The notes under the pieces were generated by a model. It was not told where the DNA came from, did no database searches, and saw only the letters and a program-made list of their open reading frames with translations. The position numbers and the translations under genes were made by a program. This document shows, piece by piece, positions 9,087 through 17,746 of a stretch of DNA of 64,000 nucleotides. How positions within the stretch are numbered: the stretch's first letter is position 1; the number at the start of each line of letters is the position of its first letter. The stretch spans positions 1 through 64,000 of the IMG/VR virus record IMGVR_UViG_3300020147_000065; one strand, written 5' to 3'.

Positions 9087-9501
9087 TGATTCGATTTTAA
9101 TAAATCCAGGGATCAACCCTTACGCTGAATATAATGGCCATCGTGTGAGATTTTCTACGATGGAAGAACGTCTCAAGAAAGAAGGCTTCTTTGTGGAAGA
9201 GGTCGAGGGGTTCACCGACGAGAACATGCAACCGCTGCCAGGTGATTCCGGTATGTGGAAGACCAAACGTAAGGTGGCTGTTGATCCGATGGCCACAGTC
9301 TATTGTGGACCCTTCACTGAGAATACCATCGGAGCTTACGAATTCCATACGCGCAGATGGTACTGGATCGAGGTCTACTTCAGTCGTGTTGCCGACAAGT
9401 ATCCCAGCGAGGATGTTGGTAACCAATCGTGGGAAGAGCCTCATGATCTAACCCTCACAGGGAAAGAAGTCCTCGTGGAAGAAACTCCCCAGGACGCGTA
9501 A
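9073..9501 (+). CDS. hypothetical protein
   Basis: 142 aa ORF overlapping previous gene. Confidence 0.65.
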   Translation: MGQFDDSILINPGINPYAEYNGHRVRFSTMEERLKKEGFFVEEVEGFTDENMQPLPGDSGMWKTKRKVAVDPMATVYCGPFTENTIGAYEFHTRRWYWIEVYFSRVADKYPSEDVGNQSWEEPHDLTLTGKEVLVEETPQDA

Positions 9502-9855
9502 TTTATTGGCGAATACGTAGTATTCCCTTGGAAGAGGGGTTGGCGGCACCATCAGGATAGGAATATGAACGAAATTGACTTTTTTATGTTCGTTGACAAT
9601 CTCGATGATGTCTCTGACTTCCTCTTTTCGAAGAAATTATGGAAGAGGGCGCGGCGGCGTAAGCAGGATAGGAATAGGGATAAGTTATACATACATAGGG
9701 ATAACTCGCCATCCGCGGGTGATAAAATCCAAAATTAATGTCGGAAATATCCTATTATGTCGGAAATAGGCGAAACCCAGTTTTCGAACCTCTCCCTATT
9801 AATAAGGAATTACTTCTCACCGGCAGCAGTAGGTCAACAGACCGAATGCTGCCTC

Positions 9856-9884
9856 TTGACAGATACATCTACATGCAGTATAAT
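9856..9884 (+). promoter_or_regulatory. consensus sigma70 promoter
   Basis: TTGACA-17-TATAAT. Confidence 0.85.
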
Positions 9885-9914
9885 TATCCATGACGATGAT
9901 TTAAGGATAGAATT

Positions 9915-10100
9915 ATGTTCGCTGTAGACTTACATCTGGACGAGGAGGGTTTCCCTTATGTCGGTACTTTTGATCTTGACCCCGATCTCATTTACTGGCA
10001 CGAGGTTCTCCCGAACGATTTCATGCGCGTTCGGCTTTCAGGAGCCGAACGTACCCTCGTGTTAAAGCATGATTCTTTATGGAAGAGATATTTTAAATGA
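9915..10100 (+). CDS. hypothetical protein
   Basis: AAGGA RBS downstream of promoter. Confidence 0.6.
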   Translation: MFAVDLHLDEEGFPYVGTFDLDPDLIYWHEVLPNDFMRVRLSGAERTLVLKHDSLWKRYFK

Positions 10101-10791
10101 AAGGGAGGGTGATTACCCGTGGATAGCAGAGTAAGACGAGCCTACGTATTGTACCATGACGGACAATTCAGGATGAACTGCATGTTGAACCTCGGATTAG
10201 GTAAGCACAAGCAGTTGACTCCTCAACTCTTGTGGAAGAAGGCATGGCATGTCGCAAGATTATCTGGTTAATGGAACGTAACCACCGGTTATCTCGTATG
10301 AGTAGCCGGTGGTTTCACTTTACGGCAAAATCAGGGGGTAATAGCCCTGTGCGCGACAGCAAGGGTCCACTATGGTTACCTTTATGGTATTAGAGGTACC
10401 GGGCAGAGCTTTGGAGAGACAAAGTTACAAATTCGAAATGATCCTGTGAACTCCCTGGAATCCAGCGGAGTTGTTTTTGTCTGATTTTTTGGGTACTTGG
10501 GAAAGAGTTGTGTGTTCTGTTATAGAATATGTAGGTTATGATATGATTTACCCCGTGGATAGCCCAAAAATTGATGATTCCAGAGCAAAAATCGAATGAA
10601 TTGACTATAATACCATGAATAGAAAGAGAAAAAGTAGGGTCAAATCATTGGAAGAAGGCGTTAGCTGGTAAATTTTGTCAAAAATAGGAAGTTAGAATAC
10701 GAATTTTTTAATAGTGTGTAGTGAGTTGAGTGGAAAATTGTAAAAATGGGGTGTCTCTCTCGCTTCTATGCCTATTAAATCCCATATTCTC

Positions 10792-10829
10792 ACCTTTGAA
10801 ACCCAAAATCTAACCTTTGAAACCCAAAA
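10792..10829 (+). repeat. 17-nt direct repeat ACCTTTGAAACCCAAAA x2, 21-nt period
   Basis: copies at 10792-10808 and 10813-10829. Confidence 0.85.
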
Positions 10830-10838
10830 CAAACCAAA

Positions 10839-10970
10839 ATGTCATTCTTCAAAAAGCCCAAAACCGAAGGTATTTTCATCGCAATCTGCCTATTATCCCT
10901 ACTTTTACCCGGATTACTCTTTCTTCTTTACTTATTTTACTCTATTCTACTTGGAAAACGTACTCTATAA
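10839..10970 (+). CDS. hydrophobic microprotein 1 (43 aa)
   Basis: MSFFKKPKTEGIFIAICLLSLLLPGLLFLLYLFYSILLGKRTL; no clear RBS. Confidence 0.5.
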   Translation: MSFFKKPKTEGIFIAICLLSLLLPGLLFLLYLFYSILLGKRTL

Positions 10971-10977
10971 TAAAACA

Positions 10978-11061
10978 ATGGCAACTATGGTAATAGTTGC
11001 TGGAATGATCTATGGGGTCCTCCACACTTTCGTGGAACCACCCGTCCCGAAGAGAGTGTAA
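10978..11061 (+). CDS. hydrophobic microprotein 2 (27 aa)
   Basis: MATMVIVAGMIYGVLHTFVEPPVPKRV; starts 7 nt after previous stop. Confidence 0.45.
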   Translation: MATMVIVAGMIYGVLHTFVEPPVPKRV

Positions 11062-11067
11062 CCACCT

Positions 11068-11139
11068 ATGTTTCTTAATATAGTACTATTGGTAGTATTC
11101 TTTGTTCTCTTTAAAATTAGCAAACCACGGGGGAGGTAA
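11068..11139 (+). CDS. hydrophobic microprotein 3 (23 aa)
   Basis: MFLNIVLLVVFFVLFKISKPRGR. Confidence 0.5.
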   Translation: MFLNIVLLVVFFVLFKISKPRGR

Positions 11140-11142
11140 TTC

Positions 11143-11238
11143 ATGAGGTTAGCCAAGGCCTTCATCACGCGTTGGCCTTTCATGTTCATGTGTCTCGTTG
11201 CTTTAGCATCCTACTTACTGAGTAAATTATTTCAATGA
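11143..11238 (+). CDS. hydrophobic microprotein 4 (31 aa)
   Basis: strong GGAGG RBS; MRLAKAFITRWPFMFMCLVALASYLLSKLFQ. Confidence 0.6.
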   Translation: MRLAKAFITRWPFMFMCLVALASYLLSKLFQ

Positions 11239-11348
11239 TAAAACCACTACCACCAGGAATATTACTCCTCAGATGGTTAATCTTAGTATTCTTCTTCCTA
11301 ACCTTATTAGTACTGATAGAGGAAGATGTTCTTAAATTATTCAGCTAA
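11235..11348 (+). CDS. hydrophobic microprotein 5 (37 aa)
   Basis: ATGA overlap; MIKPLPPGILLLRWLILVFFFLTLLVLIEEDVLKLFS. Confidence 0.55.
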   Translation: MIKPLPPGILLLRWLILVFFFLTLLVLIEEDVLKLFS

Positions 11349-11360
11349 CCACGGGTAAAA

Positions 11361-11441
11361 ATGAAATTCATCATTGGAATCATCATATTAGCTTTTATTA
11401 ACTTTTACTTTGGTGATGATAAACGGCCAGACCTGAAGTAA
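11361..11441 (+). CDS. hydrophobic microprotein 6 (26 aa)
   Basis: MKFIIGIIILAFINFYFGDDKRPDLK. Confidence 0.5.
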   Translation: MKFIIGIIILAFINFYFGDDKRPDLK

Positions 11442-11516
11442 TTTCTTTTAGCTGCACGACGGTCTTTTGGGACCGTCTCCAGCTTTCCTTTGTCTGTAAG
11501 GTTGGTGGTGATTCCT

Positions 11517-11708
11517 ATGATCTTCGGATATGTGGTCTGCGACAACTGCCATAAGAAGGAGCACATTAGCAACACTAACGGATGGTTAATTCTAAAGCCT
11601 GAGCTAAATGACCGACTTGAGCAGATTACGCCGCAAAAAGACTTTTGTGGTTACTCCTGCCTTGGGGCCTATGCCCGTAAAAAGACGGAGGAAGTACGTC
11701 AAGATTGA
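11517..11708 (+). CDS. small CxxC...FCGxxC zinc-binding protein
   Basis: CDNC and DFCGYSC; start set at ATG 11517. Confidence 0.6.
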   Translation: MIFGYVVCDNCHKKEHISNTNGWLILKPELNDRLEQITPQKDFCGYSCLGAYARKKTEEVRQD

Positions 11709-11711
11709 CAT

Positions 11712-12059
11712 ATGTATCAAATTAATTCCCAATCGAACGAAGGACTATGTACACTCGAATTTAGATTCCGTGTGCTTCCGGCCAAACCAAAGAATCCTAT
11801 GGGTTCTAATTGTTTACTCGGTATTGAATGCCATGTACTCGATGTTAGCGACAGTCAATACACAGGTTACCCCGTGGGTGGGTTATCCCTCATTGGTGGC
11901 CAGGGTTGGGCTGACGATTACGACAAGGCGAGACAAGATGCCCTCGCCCAGGCTCTCGAACTCATTGATCCGAAGTACCGTAGCAAACAAATCCATGCTG
12001 ACGCGTGGACAACCTACGTCAAAGAATACGGTTTATCTTCAGGAACAAGAAAGGTATGA
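11712..12059 (+). CDS. hypothetical protein
   Basis: 115 aa ORF in coupled run. Confidence 0.6.
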   Translation: MYQINSQSNEGLCTLEFRFRVLPAKPKNPMGSNCLLGIECHVLDVSDSQYTGYPVGGLSLIGGQGWADDYDKARQDALAQALELIDPKYRSKQIHADAWTTYVKEYGLSSGTRKV

Positions 12060-12232
12060 AACACGAAAAGAAGATGGTCTGTCGTCAATGTGGTAAAATC
12101 TTCCCACTTCAAAGAACGATGGATTGGGTCCACCCTCGTATAGAAGGTGAGAAAATATCAGGTGTATGCCCTGATTGTAATAGGAAAAGGATTGAATACG
12201 ATGAGCGAACCGGTAACATTAACCCTCGATGA
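12056..12232 (+). CDS. small zinc-ribbon protein
   Basis: CRQC...CPDC; ATGA overlap. Confidence 0.55.
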   Translation: MKHEKKMVCRQCGKIFPLQRTMDWVHPRIEGEKISGVCPDCNRKRIEYDERTGNINPR

Positions 12233-12488
12233 GATTGTAAGCAAAATCTTCGAAAACAATGACACAGCATTAAATGCTTATTTGGCCGCACACGGGGCAG
12301 ACGAATACACTATTCGCCGCTTTAAACCTGTGTACGAACCAAGTAAAGAACGACCTGAGAAGATCATTGATCGTGTGGCCATTGTTCCCAACGAAGATTT
12401 TCTGGCCGTCATTGACCTTAGTTTCGATGAGCTAACTGAGAAAAAGTATCAGACTATCGAAATGACAACCAACATCAATTACAAATGA
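12201..12488 (+). CDS. hypothetical protein
   Basis: start set at ATG 12201 after AAGGA. Confidence 0.6.
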   Translation: MSEPVTLTLDEIVSKIFENNDTALNAYLAAHGADEYTIRRFKPVYEPSKERPEKIIDRVAIVPNEDFLAVIDLSFDELTEKKYQTIEMTTNINYK

Positions 12489-12513
12489 GCGTGAAGATAT
12501 TACGGAAAAGAAA

Positions 12514-12699
12514 GTGATGTGTAAGGTTGCCACACCAGATGGCGATTTTATTCCTTATGAAATTTATCGAATGGAAGATGACGGTAATGGTAATTTCAAG
12601 GTTATAACTAATTTTGAAGGTAAAACCATTGTCGCACACGTCAGACAACTTCAATTTGATAAATACTTTACCACATATGACGAAAGGGAGATAACATGA
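12514..12699 (+). CDS. hypothetical protein
   Basis: ends in the terminator hairpin. Confidence 0.55.
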   Translation: MMCKVATPDGDFIPYEIYRMEDDGNGNFKVITNFEGKTIVAHVRQLQFDKYFTTYDEREIT

Positions 12700-12713
12700 G
12701 TTATCTCCCTTTC
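12682..12713. terminator. convergent terminator hairpin
   Basis: perfect 14-bp stem GAAAGGGAGATAAC / GTTATCTCCCTTTC between convergent genes. Confidence 0.75.
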
Positions 12714-12716
12714 TGC

Positions 12717-12806
12717 TTACTTGCGTCCGCCAGCCTTCTTACCAGAAGAGGTATTAACCATCTTGTAATAAGAGCCTGAACGCTTGGAATTTGTTACCTT
12801 CGCCAT
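12717..12806 (-). CDS. 29-aa basic peptide (missed by ORF track)
   Basis: AAGGAG RBS; MAKVTNSKRSGSYYKMVNTSSGKKAGGRK. Confidence 0.6.
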   Translation of the reverse strand: MAKVTNSKRSGSYYKMVNTSSGKKAGGRK

Positions 12807-12834
12807 TTGCTGTTCTCCTTGTTGTGTGGGTCGT

Positions 12835-13014
12835 TTAGCTGCCGCCTTCTACGTGAGACGGATCAGACTTCCAGTTAGGTGACTGGATATTGGAATGACT
12901 CTTCTGAGACATCGAAGTAATCGGTGCGGTGCCCAGAGGCTTTGCAGGACGAATAGGTTGGTTGCTCAGGGTTGGAGCCTTTTTGGGACTCGTTGAAATA
13001 ATCTTTTTGGCCAT
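12835..13014 (-). CDS. 59-aa Pro/Ser/Lys-rich peptide (missed by ORF track)
   Basis: GGAGG RBS; MAKKIISTSPKKAPTLSNQPIRPAKPLGTAPITSMSQKSHSNIQSPNWKSDPSHVEGGS. Confidence 0.6.
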   Translation of the reverse strand: MAKKIISTSPKKAPTLSNQPIRPAKPLGTAPITSMSQKSHSNIQSPNWKSDPSHVEGGS

Positions 13015-13066
13015 TTAATGAGGTACCTCCGCGATTTTAAACGTATATGTTAGTACCCATGTTCCC

Positions 13067-13810
13067 CTAAACGTCTTTCCATGTTCGAAATTCCATAATA
13101 GACTGAATCGTGCTTCGTGCCACATTGAAGCGGTGGGCTAATTTACCGTAAGAAACAGTTCCTTTAAGGCCGCGAATTACCTGCACATCTTCGCGCGAGA
13201 GAATAGCTGCCGGTTTCTTTTCATTAAGAGTCTTACGAATAGCTTCTTTCTGCTGTTCTGATACTGCTCGACCCCGTCGCTGCTCTGACCATAGTTTCCT
13301 GGTTTCTGGGCTTGGTTTTCTTCCAAGATTATTAAGTCTCATTTGCTCAATATGCTGCGGTGAAAGTTTCCGACCTCTTAGAGGACTTGGGCGACCTTTC
13401 TGGGTCATACTTCTCTTTAAATTAGAGTCGGGTGTGGTGAAATTCAGAGCACCATATCTCTCTAACATAGTTCGATTTCTTTGGGCTATAGATTCGGGTG
13501 ATCTTTTTACTCCTAATGCAGTTGCTACAACTTCAACACAGATATTCAATTCAGGTTTAAGTTCGTTAACGTAAAATTGTTCTCTGTTAATTAAATCGTT
13601 TGTTTCTTCAAGTATAGAAAACTCAAACGCTTGTTCTCCGTACTTATTCCAAGAATTTTGTAATTTCTTGTTACAGTGGTTACCTTTTTTCAACGCATTG
13701 ATGTGTTGTTTCCATCGAATTTCTATTTGAATAGAACTACCAATGTAGAACTTACCATTGACCTTGTTCGTTATCTGGTATATTCCAGATTTGTGGATTT
13801 TATTACCCAT
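13067..13810 (-). CDS. free-standing GIY-YIG homing endonuclease with NUMOD3 repeats
   Basis: SGIYQITNKVNGKFYIGSS, HCNKKLQNSWNKYG, E..E..Y...LKPELN; NUMOD3-like SPQHIEQMR / SPETRKLWSE; AGGAG RBS before ATG 13810. Confidence 0.92.
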   Translation of the reverse strand: MGNKIHKSGIYQITNKVNGKFYIGSSIQIEIRWKQHINALKKGNHCNKKLQNSWNKYGEQAFEFSILEETNDLINREQFYVNELKPELNICVEVVATALGVKRSPESIAQRNRTMLERYGALNFTTPDSNLKRSMTQKGRPSPLRGRKLSPQHIEQMRLNNLGRKPSPETRKLWSEQRRGRAVSEQQKEAIRKTLNEKKPAAILSREDVQVIRGLKGTVSYGKLAHRFNVARSTIQSIMEFRTWKDV

Positions 13811-14795
13811 GACTTCTTCTCCTAATTCTAAACCAACATTTGGTATAATGTGCACCACATTCGGTGGTGCTCCATACGTACATCTTCAGTTGGCGATCCG
13901 CCGAAAATTTTTCGGAAAGGTCCCTATGGCGATTATAGATGATTGTTCCTATCAGAGTAAAATTTTGATGAAGCTCTGCGAACATTACGATGCCTATTTT
14001 CTTTCCGGTAACGAACGCCTCGGCCACCTGCAAGGCGACCTTCAGGCTCATCGTCTGGGCCTCGAATGGGCAAAATATCTCGGTTTGGAATACCTCGTAA
14101 AAATTTCCAGACGTTGTGTGCCCCTTTTTGACTGGACTGGTGCCTTTATAAAAACCGTTGAGGATACCGGACACCTTCCAACTTATGCGGGTACTGACAA
14201 TTATTTTATGTACCCACTACGCTCCGAATGCTGGGCCATGAATGTAGAGGAATGGTATCCAATTAAAGATGAAATTTTAGGTGTAGCAAAAGAAGCGGCT
14301 GAATATACTCTTCATCGTCATGCGGTCAGGCTCGGTAACATTGGCCCTGATTGGGGCCTCTGTGCTGAAAATCGTAGAGTGCGTAAAGAGGGAGTTCTGT
14401 GGCACGAAAATACTACTCTGGAAGAATACGCTGCCGCAGCAAATCAATTTGGTTTAAAATATACCGCAGAAGATTTCGATAATGTAAATGGTGGACTCGG
14501 ACTGGGAAATGAGAAATGGCGTCATTCGGTACCGGGAAGTGTGCTTCCGTGTCCAGGAAAAGAAACTCGCCCTGAACAAACTATTCGAAAATTAGAACAA
14601 AACAGAGTAGGACAGAATATTTCCGTACCAAAGGCTAAAAAATCTAAGCGAATTGAGACATGGCCACCAGTTAAAGAAAGGATTATCATTCCCAAATCAA
14701 CTCGTAGAGGGGAAGAAGCGCCTATTCCACAACCGCGTCCATCTACTGGTGCGACGGTCAAACCAATTAATACCGACTATATTCACGGTGACTAA
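13809..14795 (+). CDS. GT-A fold glycosyltransferase-like protein with low-complexity C-terminus
   Basis: N-terminal beta strand FGIMCTT, MAIIDDCS, GHLQGDL...GL, LVKISRR pattern. Confidence 0.55.
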   Translation: MTSSPNSKPTFGIMCTTFGGAPYVHLQLAIRRKFFGKVPMAIIDDCSYQSKILMKLCEHYDAYFLSGNERLGHLQGDLQAHRLGLEWAKYLGLEYLVKISRRCVPLFDWTGAFIKTVEDTGHLPTYAGTDNYFMYPLRSECWAMNVEEWYPIKDEILGVAKEAAEYTLHRHAVRLGNIGPDWGLCAENRRVRKEGVLWHENTTLEEYAAAANQFGLKYTAEDFDNVNGGLGLGNEKWRHSVPGSVLPCPGKETRPEQTIRKLEQNRVGQNISVPKAKKSKRIETWPPVKERIIIPKSTRRGEEAPIPQPRPSTGATVKPINTDYIHGD

Positions 14796-15616
14796 TGTTT
14801 TTTGTTACACAACCAATTTTTATTCCTGCGGCAGACAAAGCACAGAGGTATATTGATTCCATCACCTCATTAGGTGAATACATGCGAAAGTATTATCCAA
14901 CTGATCGCCGTATTAGCTTCGCCTTCGGAGGATGGTGTTTTGATGATGAATTTTGGGGAGTAGCAGCAGCCACCATTAAAGAGTACTTTCCTGATGCTCC
15001 CTGTGTTAGATATAAAGAAAATAAAGGTAAAGCAGTTATCATCAACGATCTTTCCAGACAGTTTCTTTATGATAATCCTTACCTTATCTCCGTGGATAGC
15101 GATATTTTATTTCCTTTCTACACACCATACATGTTTGATAGACTGGATATAATGTTTCAGATGTCTCAGAAGATAAGAAAAACACCACCTGGAGTGATAG
15201 GGCTTAAACAGGATGAGAATGGTGTTCACTATCAGTCTGTTTATAGTAATCAATATGAGTATGAGACGGCCATCCACGGGGTAAATTATCGTGAGAGGTT
15301 CGTGTGGCCCAATATCCGTGGAGGCATTGGTGGCGGATGCCTTTTAATCAACGCTGAGTTATGGAAGAAGATTGGTGGATACAGAGTAATGGGAGTTTAC
15401 TCGTCTGATGACGGTAAACTCCTGTTGGATGCTCGTAATAACGGTTATTCTATACAGGTTTCTGACTCCATTTCTATTATTCATCCCATAGAAGATGATC
15501 CGACTTATGGTGTATGGAAGCGTAGAGTGTGTCAGGCTACTACTCGAACTGGTGTGAAGGCTGATATTACACAACAAATTAAAGAAGCTGATGATTTTTG
15601 GGCACGTAGACGTTGA
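14795..15616 (+). CDS. GT2-like glycosyltransferase
   Basis: ENKGKAVIIN, LISVDSDI (DxD), GGGCLLINAELWKKIGGY, YSSDD. Confidence 0.75.
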   Translation: MFFVTQPIFIPAADKAQRYIDSITSLGEYMRKYYPTDRRISFAFGGWCFDDEFWGVAAATIKEYFPDAPCVRYKENKGKAVIINDLSRQFLYDNPYLISVDSDILFPFYTPYMFDRLDIMFQMSQKIRKTPPGVIGLKQDENGVHYQSVYSNQYEYETAIHGVNYRERFVWPNIRGGIGGGCLLINAELWKKIGGYRVMGVYSSDDGKLLLDARNNGYSIQVSDSISIIHPIEDDPTYGVWKRRVCQATTRTGVKADITQQIKEADDFWARRR

Positions 15617-15660
15617 CTTACGTGCTCATTTTTGTTATACTGTACGTGAGGTACACAAAC

Positions 15661-16434
15661 ATGATATTGATTGAAACAAACAACACCTTCTTTGCTGTGG
15701 CACATGAGGACGATGGGATTTTCAAACCAGATCGCCGCCCCATCATTTTAAATGAGCCTGGACCAACTGCAAAAGCTATCAAACATCTTAAAGATGCGGG
15801 AGCAGACTCTTATTTAAGCTCTACTGGTAAGTTTGGTAATAAAAACATACAAAAACCACAACCACCCTCTCCCTACAATGATGTCAGGGTTGGTGTGGAA
15901 GAAGAAAATCCAGATCAGCTACGTTTAAAACTTCTTGAAGAGAATCCTGGTATTAACTCTGACGCTGACTTTCTTCCTCACCCTGATGAATTACGTGCTC
16001 AGGCTCTTGATCTCGTTTTGAGTGGAATGGCGGCTGCAACCGGAACTCCTGTTGAACACGTAAGAGAAAACTTTAACAAAAGTCTCTACAGAAAAGATGA
16101 GAAGCAAAGTTTGATTGAGGCATCTGAAAGGATCGTCAACAAATTAAAGAATAATCCTGAAGAAGCCAGGAAATTCCTGACTTCTCTTCGACCAAAAGAG
16201 GCCCCTTACCGACCAAACAGAAAGCGTAAAGATTTACTGAAAGCTGGTCTTGCGGCTCCTGAATACATGAGTAAGCCTGTTTCTACATTTGCTACTCGTT
16301 TAGAGGGTTACCTACCACGGGGTATTTATATTACAGACCCAGAGGAAAAAGTCACCCATGAAGTGAGTGATGATGTGAAGTTAGCGAAAGCTGTTCTCGG
16401 ATTGAACTCAAAATATAAGGTGAGATTAGGATAA
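15661..16434 (+). CDS. hypothetical protein
   Basis: GAGG RBS before ATG 15661. Confidence 0.65.
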   Translation: MILIETNNTFFAVAHEDDGIFKPDRRPIILNEPGPTAKAIKHLKDAGADSYLSSTGKFGNKNIQKPQPPSPYNDVRVGVEEENPDQLRLKLLEENPGINSDADFLPHPDELRAQALDLVLSGMAAATGTPVEHVRENFNKSLYRKDEKQSLIEASERIVNKLKNNPEEARKFLTSLRPKEAPYRPNRKRKDLLKAGLAAPEYMSKPVSTFATRLEGYLPRGIYITDPEEKVTHEVSDDVKLAKAVLGLNSKYKVRLG

Positions 16435-16673
16435 TGCCGAAAACAATTGAATACAAATGTGAAGTTTGTGGAAAGAGAACGTCGGCCTTTGACCTTGAGG
16501 GTCAAGACTCGACGCAAATTTGGCTGCTCCTAACCGAAGAAGTTGTCATGCCTTATTATGAATATGCTGCTCCACCGATCAGAAAACGTCTGTCGGGTAT
16601 TTATTGCTCCCCAGCCTGTCTGGTTTCGTGTGTAGCACCGGAAATAAGGGTAGTTGATCTTGATGACAAGTAA
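16434..16673 (+). CDS. small CxxC...YCSxxC zinc-binding protein
   Basis: CEVC and YCSPAC. Confidence 0.6.
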   Translation: MPKTIEYKCEVCGKRTSAFDLEGQDSTQIWLLLTEEVVMPYYEYAAPPIRKRLSGIYCSPACLVSCVAPEIRVVDLDDK

Positions 16674-16884
16674 ATTTATAGTTATTTATCTTGATGATAC
16701 CTACTTCTGTGTGGCCACACAAAAAGAGTACATCGAGAGATTCGAAAAAGGACTGGGTGTTTATAAAAAGTCAGAACCAAACTCTGTTAATGCGAGACAC
16801 ATGAGAATGGCAATGGAATATTCTTCATGGATATGGAGATTGTTTTATACCGAGGCTTTACCATATAAAGGTTACTATTACTAA
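16654..16884 (+). CDS. hypothetical protein
   Basis: overlapping ORF. Confidence 0.5.
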   Translation: MILMTSKFIVIYLDDTYFCVATQKEYIERFEKGLGVYKKSEPNSVNARHMRMAMEYSSWIWRLFYTEALPYKGYYY

Positions 16885-16969
16885 GGAACTCGAAGGTAAG
16901 CTAAGCCTTCTTACTTTACGAACTATTCCCTTTGCCAAGAAGGGAGCTTTTATTTAGGAGAAAACAAAA

Positions 16970-17611
16970 ATGGCAAACAGAGTTTGGGTTGGTACTACGA
17001 GTACGGCCTATAATACCACAACCAACTGGCAGGGTGGAACAGTTCCCGTAAACGGTGATTCTGTAACTGTAGCGGCTGCGGCTGTCAACGACCTTGTTCT
17101 AAACCCAGGTACAGCATTATCCCTGGCTTCTATTGCTAACGAAGTCCCCGCTAACCCTATTCGTGGTTATAAGAAAGTACACCTTGGTAGCGATGCTTCT
17201 GGTGTTGCTTCTGTAGGTAAGGTAACCGTTACCGGAGACGCTAAGGCTAACTTTGGTAATGTATCAAACTTTGAAGTAGATGGTGATATGACCGCACCCG
17301 CCGAGGCTTCATTCCTCGACGGTAAGGTAGACGGTAAGCTAACTCTTGAAGTTATAGCTGATGTTTCTGAACTGACACTTGCAGAAGACCCTGATCTTAA
17401 TATCAAATCAACTGTTGGTGCCGGTGATGAACTTGAAGGTACAGTGTCTCTTGGAGAGGACGCTGTTAAACCAGGCTCTATTATCTCTGATGAGCGTCAG
17501 GCCATGCTTGATGCTATGGATGAGGGACTGGCCACAGGTAGTGTTCGGGGCACATTCCGCGTTGATCGTGGTAAAGTAGTCCCACGCAGCCAGTTCTTAA
17601 CATCACAATAA
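16970..17611 (+). CDS. putative virion surface protein with W-x-G...NW...VP...GD-x-V beta-helix starter motif
   Basis: MANRVWVGTTSTAYNTTTNWQGGTVPVNGDSVTV; strong AGGAG RBS; own terminator. Confidence 0.55.
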   Translation: MANRVWVGTTSTAYNTTTNWQGGTVPVNGDSVTVAAAAVNDLVLNPGTALSLASIANEVPANPIRGYKKVHLGSDASGVASVGKVTVTGDAKANFGNVSNFEVDGDMTAPAEASFLDGKVDGKLTLEVIADVSELTLAEDPDLNIKSTVGAGDELEGTVSLGEDAVKPGSIISDERQAMLDAMDEGLATGSVRGTFRVDRGKVVPRSQFLTSQ

Positions 17612-17628
17612 AAATTGGTATTGATAAT

Positions 17629-17662
17629 GAGGGGCAAGTCTTTTGGCTTGCCCCTCTTTTTT
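17629..17662 (+). terminator. intrinsic terminator
   Basis: GAGGGGCAAG / CTTGCCCCTC followed by T6. Confidence 0.85.
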
Positions 17663-17746
17663 GGGTACAAAAAGAATCTCGATGCATTTTGCTTCGTTAG
17701 GAAATACAGGATACCGACTAAACGGTACAACAAAGGAACAATAAAA

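Noticed and set aside
9500-10830. tRNA or structured ncRNA cluster in the long intergenic region
   Set aside because: No T-loop GTTCRA / D-loop cloverleaf found by eye; hairpins at about 10280-10315 and 10449-10478 look like terminators. A covariance-model search could still overturn this.
10768-11061. 97-aa ORF from the track
   Set aside because: Its N-terminus translates the tandem DNA repeat. The region is better explained by a 43-aa hydrophobic ORF in another frame plus an internal ATG at 10978.
13067-13810. GIY-YIG as a group I intron-encoded ORF
   Set aside because: It does not interrupt a recognisable gene, has its own RBS, and I saw no intron core elements; treated as free-standing.
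13841-13849. Extended -10 (TGGTATAAT) as plus-strand promoter
   Set aside because: It lies inside the predicted first beta strand of the glycosyltransferase-like gene with no downstream start; probably fortuitous.
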